Source: Candidatus Thalassarchaeaceae archaeon | GTDB lineage: Archaea; Thermoplasmatota; Poseidoniia; Poseidoniales; Thalassarchaeaceae | NCBI GenBank assembly: GCA_023700245.1 | Contig: JAJPRE010000003.1 | Span: 6,463 to 70,462, forward strand | Length of the DNA stretch: 64,000 nucleotides | Direction of reading: 5' to 3' | In this document: positions 10,062 to 19,212 of the stretch, piece by piece | How the letters are laid out: every line of letters begins with the position of its first letter | How positions within the stretch are numbered: the first letter of the stretch is position 1 | Notes under the pieces: model-generated | The model's database searches: none | The model's input: the letters and a program-made list of their open reading frames with translations, nothing else | What the model was told of the DNA's origin: nothing | Made by a program: the position numbers and the translations under genes

Positions 10062-11186
10062 ATGTCATTAAAATTAGGTCCCGCTGGAGTCCCACTTTCT
10101 TGTAAAGGTAGAACTATCGTGGAAGGAATGGATGATATTACTGTGTTAGGACTTGATGCGATGGAAGTACAAACCGTAAGGACAGTTCAGCCGCACCATT
10201 TTGATCAATATTGGCAAGCAGGAATTTTGTCATGGAAATCAGATTTTGAGATGAACATGCATGGCCCATACTACGCTGAATTATTGGGCAGTAAAAGAGA
10301 AAGAAATCGTACTCTTTCAAAAATGGAAGCTAGTATGCAGGCAGGAAAATTAGTAAATGCTAGACATATTACCTACCATGTTGGTCCATATGGAAATTAT
10401 GAGCCAGGAGGCAAGGCCAACGAAGAACTAGTGAATATATTTTCAGGCGTTGTCGATAGAGTACGTAGTATATGGGGCGATGAAAAAGAAGAAGAAGAAT
10501 ATTCTGCATTTCCTTGGGTCCACGAAGCAGAACCATCTTTAGTTGGAATTGAAACATCGGGAAGGCAGGAATTATGGGGCACTGTAGAAGAAGTTCTAGA
10601 AGTATGTAATCACGTTGAAGGAACAGTACCAGTTCTTAATATGGCTCACATACATGCCAGAGGTCATGGCAGAATGAGGACAAGTGAGGATTATGCAGAG
10701 TTATTTGACCAAGTAAGAGAAAATTATGGTGGGTCAAAATTTTATTGCCATTTCGCAGGCGTTGAGCATAGGATGGGAAATGCACTACACTATACTCAAA
10801 TTAAAAAATCCGATTTAAAATTTGAACCCTTCGCAGAATTTCTAGCAGAAGAAGGAGATTGGATGGATATTACTATAATTTCCGACTCTCCGTTGCTTGA
10901 GCACGACGCTATGTATATGTTACAGCATTACGATAAGGCAAGGCAGAGATTATTGGAAATAAGGGCAAGAGATGAGCGTAAATTAAGACTCGCGACTCAC
11001 CATGGACTTGATCCAGAAGCACTGGAAATGGATGAGCAAGAAACTTTAACACCAAAAGTTTCAGATGTAGAGTCTAAAAATAAATCTACAAACGATATTT
11101 CAACTATAAATCCTAAGAAAAGTAGTAATAAGGCCAGTGATATGATTTCATTTGAAGAAAAAAATGATGACGATGACATTTTTTAA
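10062..11186 (+). CDS. AP endonuclease family 2 / xylose-isomerase-like TIM-barrel protein (endonuclease IV-like) with a charged C-terminal tail
   Basis: MSLKLGPAGVPLS...GLDAMEVQTVR, HGPYYAEL, ITYHVGPY, GIETSGR, NMAHIHARGHG, HFAGVEH and ISDSPLLEHDA follow the metal-ligand pattern of archaeal EndoIV-like TIM barrels. I moved the start to the ATG at 10062; the listed ORF begins at a TTG at 9987. Confidence 0.7.
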   Translation: MSLKLGPAGVPLSCKGRTIVEGMDDITVLGLDAMEVQTVRTVQPHHFDQYWQAGILSWKSDFEMNMHGPYYAELLGSKRERNRTLSKMEASMQAGKLVNARHITYHVGPYGNYEPGGKANEELVNIFSGVVDRVRSIWGDEKEEEEYSAFPWVHEAEPSLVGIETSGRQELWGTVEEVLEVCNHVEGTVPVLNMAHIHARGHGRMRTSEDYAELFDQVRENYGGSKFYCHFAGVEHRMGNALHYTQIKKSDLKFEPFAEFLAEEGDWMDITIISDSPLLEHDAMYMLQHYDKARQRLLEIRARDERKLRLATHHGLDPEALEMDEQETLTPKVSDVESKNKSTNDISTINPKKSSNKASDMISFEEKNDDDDIF

Positions 11187-11235
11187 GTTTATTCTTGGAA
11201 GGTTTGAAGTCTCACTTGTCTTGGGAGCGGAATAA

Positions 11236-11311
11236 GGGACTGTAGCTCAGTTGGGAGAGCGCCGCACTGAAGATGCGGAGGCCGCCGGTTCAAGTCCGGC
11301 CAGTCCCACCA
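11236..11311 (+). tRNA. tRNA-Phe (GAA), CCA encoded
   Basis: Hand-folded. The acceptor is GGGACTG/CAGTCCC, the D arm GCTC/GAGC, the anticodon stem CCGCA/TGCGG with loop CTGAAGA, and the T arm GCCGG-TTCAAGT-CCGGC. Confidence 0.95.
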
Positions 11312-11321
11312 TTTATACTAA

Positions 11322-12146
11322 TTATTTAGAAGATAAAATTTCCTTTTGAAGTACATGTAATTGAATAATCGCAGAAGTTGCCGAATCTAGTAAATCATCT
11401 AATTGTGCCCTGGAGTATGTAGCCTCTTCACCTGTCCCTTGAACTTCAACAAATTCTCCATCACTTGTCATGACTACGTTCATATCTACATCAGCGTTAC
11501 TATCTAATACGTAATCCAGATCTGTCCAGATTTGGTCATCCACTATTCCTACGCTGATTGCTGCAACATCATTGACGATAACGGTATTTTCATGTGTGAT
11601 TTTTTCTTCATCAGACAACAAAGGTGCGCTCCACCCATTCTTCAAATCTTCTTTAGTAGCTCTCAATTCAATTGGCAAACAGTCTCCAGATGAAATAAGC
11701 CTTCTTACTGCAAGCCGCATTGCTATACATGCCGCAGTAATTGAAGCACATCTTGTTCCTCCGTCAGCGTTGAGCACATCGCAATCAATTGTCAATGCAA
11801 TTGGTCCTAATGCTTCTAGATCTATAGCTCCCCTTAAGGACCTCGCAACTAATCTTTCTATTTCTTGAGTTCTGCCCTTTGCTCCACTCCTTTCTCTTCT
11901 AAATCTGGTATTTGTAGATCCGGGCAATAATGAATATTCTGCATGCACCCATCCTTTTTGAGAATCTCTTGGAAACCATCTAGGCAAAGACGGTGCCTTT
12001 GTGACGCAGACCAATATTGTTGTATTCCCTTGAGTATAAAGTACGGATGAAAGAGCATTAGGAGTAAAGTCCAATTCCACTTTTATTTTTCTAATTTCAT
12101 TCGTGCTTCTTGCGGCATTGATGCCGTCACCCTTCGTCTTTACCAT
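11322..12146 (-). CDS. rph: Ribonuclease PH, bacterial type, with an internal insertion
   Basis: GWVHAEYSLLPGSTNTRFRRE...GRTQEIERLVARSLR, DCDVLNADGGTRCASITAA and EVQGTGEEATYSRAQLDDLL match bacterial Rph signatures rather than archaeal Rrp41/42. Confidence 0.8.
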   Translation of the reverse strand: MVKTKGDGINAARSTNEIRKIKVELDFTPNALSSVLYTQGNTTILVCVTKAPSLPRWFPRDSQKGWVHAEYSLLPGSTNTRFRRERSGAKGRTQEIERLVARSLRGAIDLEALGPIALTIDCDVLNADGGTRCASITAACIAMRLAVRRLISSGDCLPIELRATKEDLKNGWSAPLLSDEEKITHENTVIVNDVAAISVGIVDDQIWTDLDYVLDSNADVDMNVVMTSDGEFVEVQGTGEEATYSRAQLDDLLDSATSAIIQLHVLQKEILSSK

Positions 12147-12209
12147 GCCTTCCGGTTGGCATATATCTCATGAATCATTCGTGTCAATAATTTAATTTTA
12201 TTTAATATT

Positions 12210-12611
12210 TCATGTATCATTTTTATTAAATGGAGGCCAATTACCTATGTAAAGAGCCATAAAAATTAATATTATTTGGATGCAAAGTCTTACAAAATGT
12301 TCCAAATTATTGAATTTTGCCCCTCCTATTGGAATATCATTGATCCACATATTTAAATTGGCCAAGTAAAGAATAATCAACAATAAAACTATTCCAAGAG
12401 ATGCAATTTTTTTATGTTCCTTGGATAATATTAAAATTCCAAGTAAAATTTCAAATATTCCGGATAAATATATCCAAAAACTGGGTCTACCTAAAATTTC
12501 AGGAACAATCGGCTCGAACCATTTAGTATCTAAAAAATGATTTATCCCAACTCCTACAAACATTAAACTAAAAATTACAGTAATAAAATTTTTAAAATTT
12601 ATCATCAGCAT
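12210..12611 (-). CDS. DoxX-like small integral membrane protein
   Basis: 133 aa with four predicted hydrophobic helices. The family assignment comes from size and topology only. Confidence 0.45.
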   Translation of the reverse strand: MLMINFKNFITVIFSLMFVGVGINHFLDTKWFEPIVPEILGRPSFWIYLSGIFEILLGILILSKEHKKIASLGIVLLLIILYLANLNMWINDIPIGGAKFNNLEHFVRLCIQIILIFMALYIGNWPPFNKNDT

Positions 12612-12615
12612 TCAC

Positions 12616-13176
12616 TTATTTTTTTTTAGAAGGCCTGAATGTTTGAATAATTTTAGGATCTGTAGTTATATAGGGCCCCCCTAATAAATCTACACAATAC
12701 GGTACGCTGGTGAAAATTGTATCCAAAATTTCTCTAATTGACTTAGGGGATCCCGGCAAATTGATGATTAGACACTTACCCCTTATTCCTGCCACTTGTC
12801 TAGAAAGTATGGCTGTAGGGACGTATTGTAATGATATATTCCTCATTTGTTCTCCAAAACCTGGAAGAATTTTATCGCAAATATTTTCAGTCGCCTCAGG
12901 AGTTACATCTCTTAAAGAAGGACCAGTCCCTCCAGTTGTTATTATCACATCACAATTCTCATGATCAATTAAATTAATCAGTGAACTTTCAATTTCGTCT
13001 TGAATATCTGGAACTAATTTTCTAGTGATATCGAATGGAGATGTCAAACATTTCTCTAAGAACTCCTCAATTGCAGGTCCACTTTCATCAATATATTCTC
13101 CTTGACTAGCCCTATCTGATGCAGTCAAAACTCCAAACCGGCAGAGCCCATGATCTTTCATGTCATAATCACACAA
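12616..13176 (-). CDS. moaB: Molybdenum cofactor biosynthesis protein MoaB/Mog (molybdopterin adenylyltransferase family)
   Basis: RFGVLTASDRASQGEYIDESGP, ITTGGTGPSLRDVTPEAT and PGSPKS are characteristic of the MogA/MoaB fold. The start may instead be the internal Met at 13161. Confidence 0.8.
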   Translation of the reverse strand: MCDYDMKDHGLCRFGVLTASDRASQGEYIDESGPAIEEFLEKCLTSPFDITRKLVPDIQDEIESSLINLIDHENCDVIITTGGTGPSLRDVTPEATENICDKILPGFGEQMRNISLQYVPTAILSRQVAGIRGKCLIINLPGSPKSIREILDTIFTSVPYCVDLLGGPYITTDPKIIQTFRPSKKK

Positions 13177-13341
13177 CCTATCCTAGAAAACTACGCCGGT
13201 CATTTTTAGATATTATCTAGGGACATATTCAAAGACCGCCCACCATTTAGCCAAAACTCAAGAGGTGTTGAAGTGTTGAGTCTACCCCAAATTGCACATA
13301 TAATCACACCTGTAATGAGGATGATAATTCGATACTCTTGC

Positions 13342-13383
13342 GTCGACAAATTGTTTTCTCCTGTAGACTCAAATTTTGTCGAC
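13342..13383. promoter_or_regulatory. Inverted repeat GTCGACAAATT-N18-AAATTTTGTCGAC just upstream of the rpa start codon
   Basis: Read directly from the sequence. The arms are at 13342-13352 and 13371-13383, and the repeat ends 20 nt before the ATG at 13404. Confidence 0.4.
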
Positions 13384-13403
13384 CTCTAATTTTGGTGATA
13401 CGA

Positions 13404-15092
13404 ATGTCTAATGATGGAAAATATGATTTACAGATTAAAACAGTTAAACAAGAATGTCCAGATTCATCTGAAAACGATATTTTTGAAGAATTTAAAAGGT
13501 ATGAAGAAGAATTTTTAATACCTCCAGAAGATGCCCTGAGGTCCGTAATTAGAAAATTTCAATTAGCTACTGGGAAAGAAGAGACTACCTTTTCCGCGCC
13601 TCAAAAAATCGAGAAAAAAGTTGCCAGATTTTCCGAATTAAATTCAGATGATAAAAACATAACTATTGAAGTATTTGTGGCAACTTATACGCCTAGGATA
13701 CAAAATGTAAGGGGTGAAGAAAAACAAATTGCATTTGGATGGATTGAGGATAATCCGTGGGAGGATGCCAATAACCGTGAACGCTGGGACTTCAAAGATT
13801 GGGGGCAACATTCGAAATATCTTTCTCCTAACTCTATTGTCAGGTTAGAAGGAGTATCTGTTAATGAGTGGAATGGTAAAAAATCTATTAATATTAACAG
13901 ATCAACTAGGGTCACTACTCTTCAAGAAGGTAATTCTTCACCATTACAAATATCGAATGAACCATTGAATATTGCTAAAATATCTGAAAATGAAGGTTTT
14001 GGTAGTACAATAGGAAGAGTAATTTCTGTTAAAAGTGATATGATAGTCAAAAAAGATGGTAGTGGTACATTAGATATTTTTAGAGGTAAAATTGCAGATG
14101 AATCTGGAAATATAGGCTTTTTGTCATGGGTGCCTTTTGAATTCAATGAAGGAGATTTAATAAAATTAAATAATATTTCCGTCCGTAAATTTCGTGATAC
14201 CCCTGAGATCAATATCAGTAATGATGCAAAAATAGAATTGTATATTGATAATAGCTTCCCAGATATGGTTAATTTATCTAAAACTTCGATATCCAGTATT
14301 TCTGATTTAAGAAATGGAATGAGAGACATTTCAATAATATTGCAAATCACTTCATGGGAAGAAAGGACATTCACTTCCGAAGATGGTACAGAACGTGTAG
14401 TTAGGAGTGGCGATGTTATGGATCCAACTGGCCGATGTAGATTGACTGCATGGTGCGAATTTAATCCAAAGGTTGGAGATTATATCCAAATTAATTCTGC
14501 AAGAGCTCAATTTTGGCAAGGTTCTCCGGATTTAGTAGTTGATGATTTGGAACAAATTACAAATGTATCCAACCCCCCTTGGGACGATATAGATCCTAGT
14601 AACCATTGGGTTGAAGTTGATATTGATAATTTATCAAATGGAGGCTCTAGGAGAGGGATCAGCGTTTCAGGTACAATAGTTTCAGTTAGGAAAGATTCGG
14701 GCATAATTTATAGGTGCACAAAATGCCGTAGAGTATTGAGGGATGATGCTTGTTCTGAACATGGAATGGTGGAAGGAATTGAAGATATAAGATTAAGATT
14801 CGTTCTTGACAATGGAATTTCCAATGCTTCACTATTACTTTCTAAAGAGCCATCTGAATTATTTTTACAACAAAAATCTAATGAAATAAAATCTCAAATA
14901 TCTTCATTAGGCCCGGATGGATTTATTAATAATTTACGTAATTCTTTACTTTCAAAGAAAGTAAATGTTAAGGGTCGGGCATTAATAGATGCCCAGGGTA
15001 CAATGATACTTGCAGAGGAAATGCAATTATTACAAATTCCAGTGAAAGATGAAGCACTTAGAATAATGAATAAATGGGGGGTAGAATTATGA
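13404..15092 (+). CDS. rpa: Replication protein A, large multi-OB-fold ssDNA-binding subunit with a zinc finger
   Basis: Repeated OB-fold-like blocks and a C4-type zinc motif (CTKCRRV...CSEHG). It sits immediately upstream of, and is translationally coupled to, an RPA-associated protein gene. I set the start at ATG 13404, preceded by GGTGA; the listed ORF starts upstream at a non-ATG codon. Confidence 0.8.
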   Translation: MSNDGKYDLQIKTVKQECPDSSENDIFEEFKRYEEEFLIPPEDALRSVIRKFQLATGKEETTFSAPQKIEKKVARFSELNSDDKNITIEVFVATYTPRIQNVRGEEKQIAFGWIEDNPWEDANNRERWDFKDWGQHSKYLSPNSIVRLEGVSVNEWNGKKSININRSTRVTTLQEGNSSPLQISNEPLNIAKISENEGFGSTIGRVISVKSDMIVKKDGSGTLDIFRGKIADESGNIGFLSWVPFEFNEGDLIKLNNISVRKFRDTPEINISNDAKIELYIDNSFPDMVNLSKTSISSISDLRNGMRDISIILQITSWEERTFTSEDGTERVVRSGDVMDPTGRCRLTAWCEFNPKVGDYIQINSARAQFWQGSPDLVVDDLEQITNVSNPPWDDIDPSNHWVEVDIDNLSNGGSRRGISVSGTIVSVRKDSGIIYRCTKCRRVLRDDACSEHGMVEGIEDIRLRFVLDNGISNASLLLSKEPSELFLQQKSNEIKSQISSLGPDGFINNLRNSLLSKKVNVKGRALIDAQGTMILAEEMQLLQIPVKDEALRIMNKWGVEL

Positions 15093-16021
15093 TCTCAGAA
15101 GGAAGCCAAAGAATAAAAAGACAATCTGCAATTAGAATTTTTGCACAAGAGTTCGCTGAAGCAAATCTTACTTCTAGAGGCGCGGGAGAATATGATCCAG
15201 CCTTCGTAATCACTAAATTAGGCATAATGGTCAATCGCGCATTAGTGTGTGGCGTAATTGAAAGGCTTGACAGAAGAGAAGGGGACAACGGGCCTAGTTT
15301 TAGTGGAGTATTGAGGGATCCAACAGGAAATCACAGATTTAATGTAGCACCATTTCAAACAGAGTTGCAATTAGATATAGAAGAATTACATGCCAGATTT
15401 GAATCCGGCGATCGGTTCTTGATGGCACTTATTGGTAAATCGAACTGGTTTGAAGGAGAGGAAGGGGGAATTTTTACTTCATTTCGAGCAGAAGAATTTT
15501 GTGTTATAGATCAAGAAACATATTTGAATTGGTTAATTGATACCTCGGATGCAACTCTTAGGAGACTCGATTCTCATGATAATTCCATAGGGGTAGATTT
15601 AACTCAGGAATCTATGAAATCCTCAGGCGTCCCTAATGACCTAATAGAAGGAACAATAATGGCAAGACAGCATTATCCAGATTTTGATTCTGAAGTGTAC
15701 CGCTTGGGAATTTTGAAAGCATTATCTAGTGCCCTAGGTAGGACAAATGCTCCCGAAATTGAGAACTCTGAAATAACTGAAAGTATACCTGTTATTGATG
15801 ATAATTCTTCAACATTAAATTCTAAAGACGCTCCTCAAATAATAATCGAGACAATCAAGAGACTGGATACTGGCGTTGGCGTGGAGTACGACGTCTTGGT
15901 TGAAGCATGTACCTTGGTAGGAATTTCTCGAGAACTTGCTGAGGATTCGATTGAAGATTTAAGAGATTTAAGAAGCGAAATACTTGAGCCAAGATTTGGG
16001 TTTTTTCGATTACCTGAATAA
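15089..16021 (+). CDS. RPA-associated protein (COG3390-like OB-fold partner of euryarchaeal RPA)
   Basis: There is an ATGA start/stop overlap with rpa, and a GGGGG Shine-Dalgarno-like element 9 nt upstream. The OB-like core is AFVITKLGIMVNRALVCGVIERLD...FSGVLRDPTGNHRFNV. The arrangement matches the haloarchaeal rpa-rpap operons. Confidence 0.65.
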   Translation: MISEGSQRIKRQSAIRIFAQEFAEANLTSRGAGEYDPAFVITKLGIMVNRALVCGVIERLDRREGDNGPSFSGVLRDPTGNHRFNVAPFQTELQLDIEELHARFESGDRFLMALIGKSNWFEGEEGGIFTSFRAEEFCVIDQETYLNWLIDTSDATLRRLDSHDNSIGVDLTQESMKSSGVPNDLIEGTIMARQHYPDFDSEVYRLGILKALSSALGRTNAPEIENSEITESIPVIDDNSSTLNSKDAPQIIIETIKRLDTGVGVEYDVLVEACTLVGISRELAEDSIEDLRDLRSEILEPRFGFFRLPE

Positions 16022-16029
16022 TTCTCTCT

Positions 16030-16953
16030 TTAAAAATTATTTATTTTTGACCTAATTCTTTCTATTGTTTTTTCAGTACTCATATTTAGCTTAGATCCAA
16101 CTATATTTGCCATCGATGCACCTTTTGCTTCAGCAATATCATTTGATACGACTATAAACCTTTTTTTAACAATTTTTTCTTCAATTGGCCACTCAGTTCT
16201 TGTTGCCAAACGGATCAATAAATCCCTTTCTTTCTGGCCCCATTTGCCCATATGTTGCTTTAATATTGTCCCAATTAATCTGTCTAGGTCCTCTATTCTA
16301 GATATTATCAATTTTATATCATTATTTATTTTTTCATCTTCTTTGTCAATTCCAATTTTCATTAAATCCTTTGCATCTTCTAACGTAGCAATCGGTACTG
16401 GAATTATAAAATCTTCATAATTTTTTTCATTTTCCACTTGTGAATCCAATATTTCATTTAATAATAAATTGTCATTATCTAATTTCAATCCATTTCTATT
16501 TAGGCTCCGCTTTATTTTCCCCCACCCGTTAAAATGATTAGTCAGTACCCCTGCTACTCTTCCCATTAATACTGCCCTAGTTCCTGTTAATGGCATTTCT
16601 AATTTCTGACATAAATCATACAATGTCTCTCTATCTAATTCCACAAGTCTTTCTATGGTCATTCTTCTTGAATCAAAATTTAAATGAAGCCATAATCGTT
16701 GCCTCCTCTCTTTATGAGAACCAGAGGATTTTATTCCAAATATTTTCAATATTTCTCCAATTTCTTTGTGAGATATAGCCTGAATCCCATCCCACGATAA
16801 GTCACATAATCTAAGTATTTCATTTTTAATCAGCCTAGCTCTTAGAACTTCTACAGATCCATTTTTAGATATCCCTCTATTTTCAGCAAAATCTCTAAGT
16901 TCCGTTAATCTTTTTTTATAGAGGGAATCTAACAAATTCATGTCAATGCTCAA
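16030..16953 (-). CDS. SAP-domain-containing protein (two SAP-like helix-extended-loop-helix motifs)
   Basis: LTELRDFAENRGISKNGSVEVLRARLIKN is a near-canonical SAP motif. A second, weaker copy is LYDLCQKLEMPLTGTRAVLMGRV. I did not recognise the rest of the protein. Confidence 0.6.
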   Translation of the reverse strand: MSIDMNLLDSLYKKRLTELRDFAENRGISKNGSVEVLRARLIKNEILRLCDLSWDGIQAISHKEIGEILKIFGIKSSGSHKERRQRLWLHLNFDSRRMTIERLVELDRETLYDLCQKLEMPLTGTRAVLMGRVAGVLTNHFNGWGKIKRSLNRNGLKLDNDNLLLNEILDSQVENEKNYEDFIIPVPIATLEDAKDLMKIGIDKEDEKINNDIKLIISRIEDLDRLIGTILKQHMGKWGQKERDLLIRLATRTEWPIEEKIVKKRFIVVSNDIAEAKGASMANIVGSKLNMSTEKTIERIRSKINNF

Positions 16954-17046
16954 TACGTTCCCTCCTTTGATGCTAGGGTCCCCTAACTGATATTGATTCC
17001 GCTTAATTTTATACTAAAACTATACTTTTAACAAAAAAAGATATCA

Positions 17047-18117
17047 TTATTCATTTAAATTAATAAATGGTTCTACAATAATATCTATATTAAAATCATG
17101 TGGTATTTCTTGTGAAGCCTCTTTCAACATGATATTCCAATCTTTAATCAATGATATGGTGGCATATTCGAATTTAGATAGAGGTATTAATCGATGTATA
17201 CCAACCGTCCTCTTTCCATTTTTGGAAATTTTTTCTATTTTAATTTCAACGTGTACTTCAGAATCCAAAACTTCGCCTTCGGAATCATGACATGCTTGCT
17301 CTAATGTCAAATCTTTATTTTTTTCTGCTTCTTCCATTAATGACCTTACTCTTCTGTGCCTTACTAAGATTCCTAAATTTTGTAACTCAGATGATTCTAC
17401 TTTACCAATAATTTTATTTTGAATCCACCAAATAGTGGCACCTTCTTTTTCAGATATTAAATTAGTTAATGATTTAGGAGAACTCTTCCTAACTATTAAT
17501 ATAATTAAATCTGAATAAGGTAAGGGAAGAAAATGTGAACCACCTCTATCTTTAGGGTCTGGAAGTAAAGTATGCCTTCTCCCATTTAGGCTTAATTCAT
17601 CATACATTTTTCTAGAAGTTACATAACCGTCTATAACCCCATCCTTTTTACTTTCTTCCATCCATTTTACTTTTTCAACTTGATTTTCATGTTCTAAATT
17701 CAGTTTAGATATCGATAAGAAAGCTTCGCTACTAAGGACCCTTAAATCTTTTCTTGATCTTCTCAATTGCCTTCTTATTATTTTATAATCACAAAGAATA
17801 ATTGCAGATTTAGGTTGATAATCAATTTTATTTTCGGAAATTAATAAAAAATTTGGTCTTTTTGGAGTGATTGCGCCGTTTACCTCACATTCAAATCTAA
17901 TCATGTCTGCTTCATTTCCATGCAAATCAATTGCCGGCAGGGCTAAAATATCAAATCTGCCTTGGCTAAGATCTTCCAAACTACTATTCAATCCGGTCCC
18001 TATTGACACTTCGGCATCAATATTCTCAATTTCGTTTGAACTTAGATTAGTTGTTAATATTTCTGTAACATTACATTCAAACGAATTTAAAGTAACGATA
18101 TTAATTTTATCACCCAT
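17047..18117 (-). CDS. Divergent porphobilinogen-deaminase (HemC)-like scaffold protein; function unknown
   Basis: Block-wise resemblance to HemC. LEDLSQGRFDILALPAIDLH corresponds to LL.n.aDIAVHS.KDVP, ITPKRPNFLLISEN to I.eREDPRDAFVS, and AIILCDYKIIRRQLRRSRKDLRVLS to IVGTSSLRRQ.Q....PDL.I..LRGN. I did not find the cofactor-binding Cys region. The start is set at the Met preceded by AAGGTGG. Confidence 0.35.
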   Translation of the reverse strand: MGDKINIVTLNSFECNVTEILTTNLSSNEIENIDAEVSIGTGLNSSLEDLSQGRFDILALPAIDLHGNEADMIRFECEVNGAITPKRPNFLLISENKIDYQPKSAIILCDYKIIRRQLRRSRKDLRVLSSEAFLSISKLNLEHENQVEKVKWMEESKKDGVIDGYVTSRKMYDELSLNGRRHTLLPDPKDRGGSHFLPLPYSDLIILIVRKSSPKSLTNLISEKEGATIWWIQNKIIGKVESSELQNLGILVRHRRVRSLMEEAEKNKDLTLEQACHDSEGEVLDSEVHVEIKIEKISKNGKRTVGIHRLIPLSKFEYATISLIKDWNIMLKEASQEIPHDFNIDIIVEPFINLNE

Positions 18118-18209
18118 CGCGTCCACCTTATTGGGAGTACGTACTATACTCGTTCTGAGCGTACACACACTTGTTGATATATGCGACCCCTACTAGTCGA
18201 AATATTAAT

Positions 18210-19190
18210 ATGGAAAATGTATTTTTTATCAACCCCTACTTATCAGATATAAAAAATCGTATTGATGAGGCTCTAGAGGAATTAGTATTGCATAAAATGG
18301 CAGGTAATGAGGCTCCTACCATGTCGCTTGTAAGAGATATATTATTGGTCGGAGGTAAAAGATTTCGCCCTATTTTGGCATTATTAGCATTTGATGCAGC
18401 CGGAGGAAAAGATGAATCAATAGTAATGGATTTGGCCCTCGCATCAGAAATAATTCATACTGCAACACTAATTCATGATGATGTATATGATCAGTCTAAA
18501 ACTAGGAGGGGAATGCCCACTTTACATACCAGTCATGGTTTGTCTCATGCGATTATCGCAGGAGATTATTTATTTGTTATTGGATTTTCATTAGGCGGAA
18601 AGTATGATAATATAGTTATCGAAAAAATGGCAAAATCAGCTGCTAATCTTGCCTCTGGAGAATTACTACAGTTTGAACATATTAGTAATTTAAGTACAAC
18701 TCCAGAAAATTATTATTCAATAGTAGATGGTAAAACCGCCGGAGTATTCGCCTCAGCTTGTTCGTGTGCTGGAATAATTGCAGGAGCAAACTCAGATGTC
18801 ATCAAATCTTTAGAAAATTTTGGAATAGAATTAGGTCGAGCCTTTCAATTGGTTGATGATTTACTTGATTTGTCTGGAGATACTTCTATGGGTAAACCAA
18901 AGGGTACTGATGTTCATGAAGGTAAAATGACATTGCCATTGATACATTCTTTAACAGTACTTCATGGCATTGAAAGAGAACAATTAGCAGATATTCTGAA
19001 TAATTTTAGCGATGATAGGTGGCAGGAATTAACTGCCTTACTAGTAAAATCAGGCTCATTTGAATATGTTGAGCAGTTAATCATGAACCATATAGACAGG
19101 GCATTAAATCATCTTGACTTATTGCCTGAAAGTAATGCCAAAAATCTAATGAAAGATATAGCCATTGCTTCACAAAATAGGAGATTATAA
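18210..19190 (+). CDS. idsA: Polyprenyl (geranylgeranyl) diphosphate synthase
   Basis: The first aspartate-rich motif is LIHDDVYDQ and the second is FQLVDDLLD, with KPKGTDVHEGKMTLP also present. The start is set at the internal ATG (MENVFF). Confidence 0.88.
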   Translation: MENVFFINPYLSDIKNRIDEALEELVLHKMAGNEAPTMSLVRDILLVGGKRFRPILALLAFDAAGGKDESIVMDLALASEIIHTATLIHDDVYDQSKTRRGMPTLHTSHGLSHAIIAGDYLFVIGFSLGGKYDNIVIEKMAKSAANLASGELLQFEHISNLSTTPENYYSIVDGKTAGVFASACSCAGIIAGANSDVIKSLENFGIELGRAFQLVDDLLDLSGDTSMGKPKGTDVHEGKMTLPLIHSLTVLHGIEREQLADILNNFSDDRWQELTALLVKSGSFEYVEQLIMNHIDRALNHLDLLPESNAKNLMKDIAIASQNRRL

Positions 19191-19212
19191 TTATTAAAAT
19201 GATGGTGCCATT

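Noticed and set aside
16954-17046. A C/D-box-like string (UGAUGC ... CUGA) in the spacer upstream of the SAP-domain gene.
   Set aside because: There is only one imperfect C-like box and one CUGA, with no second box pair or terminal stem. In an AT-rich spacer this is compatible with chance.
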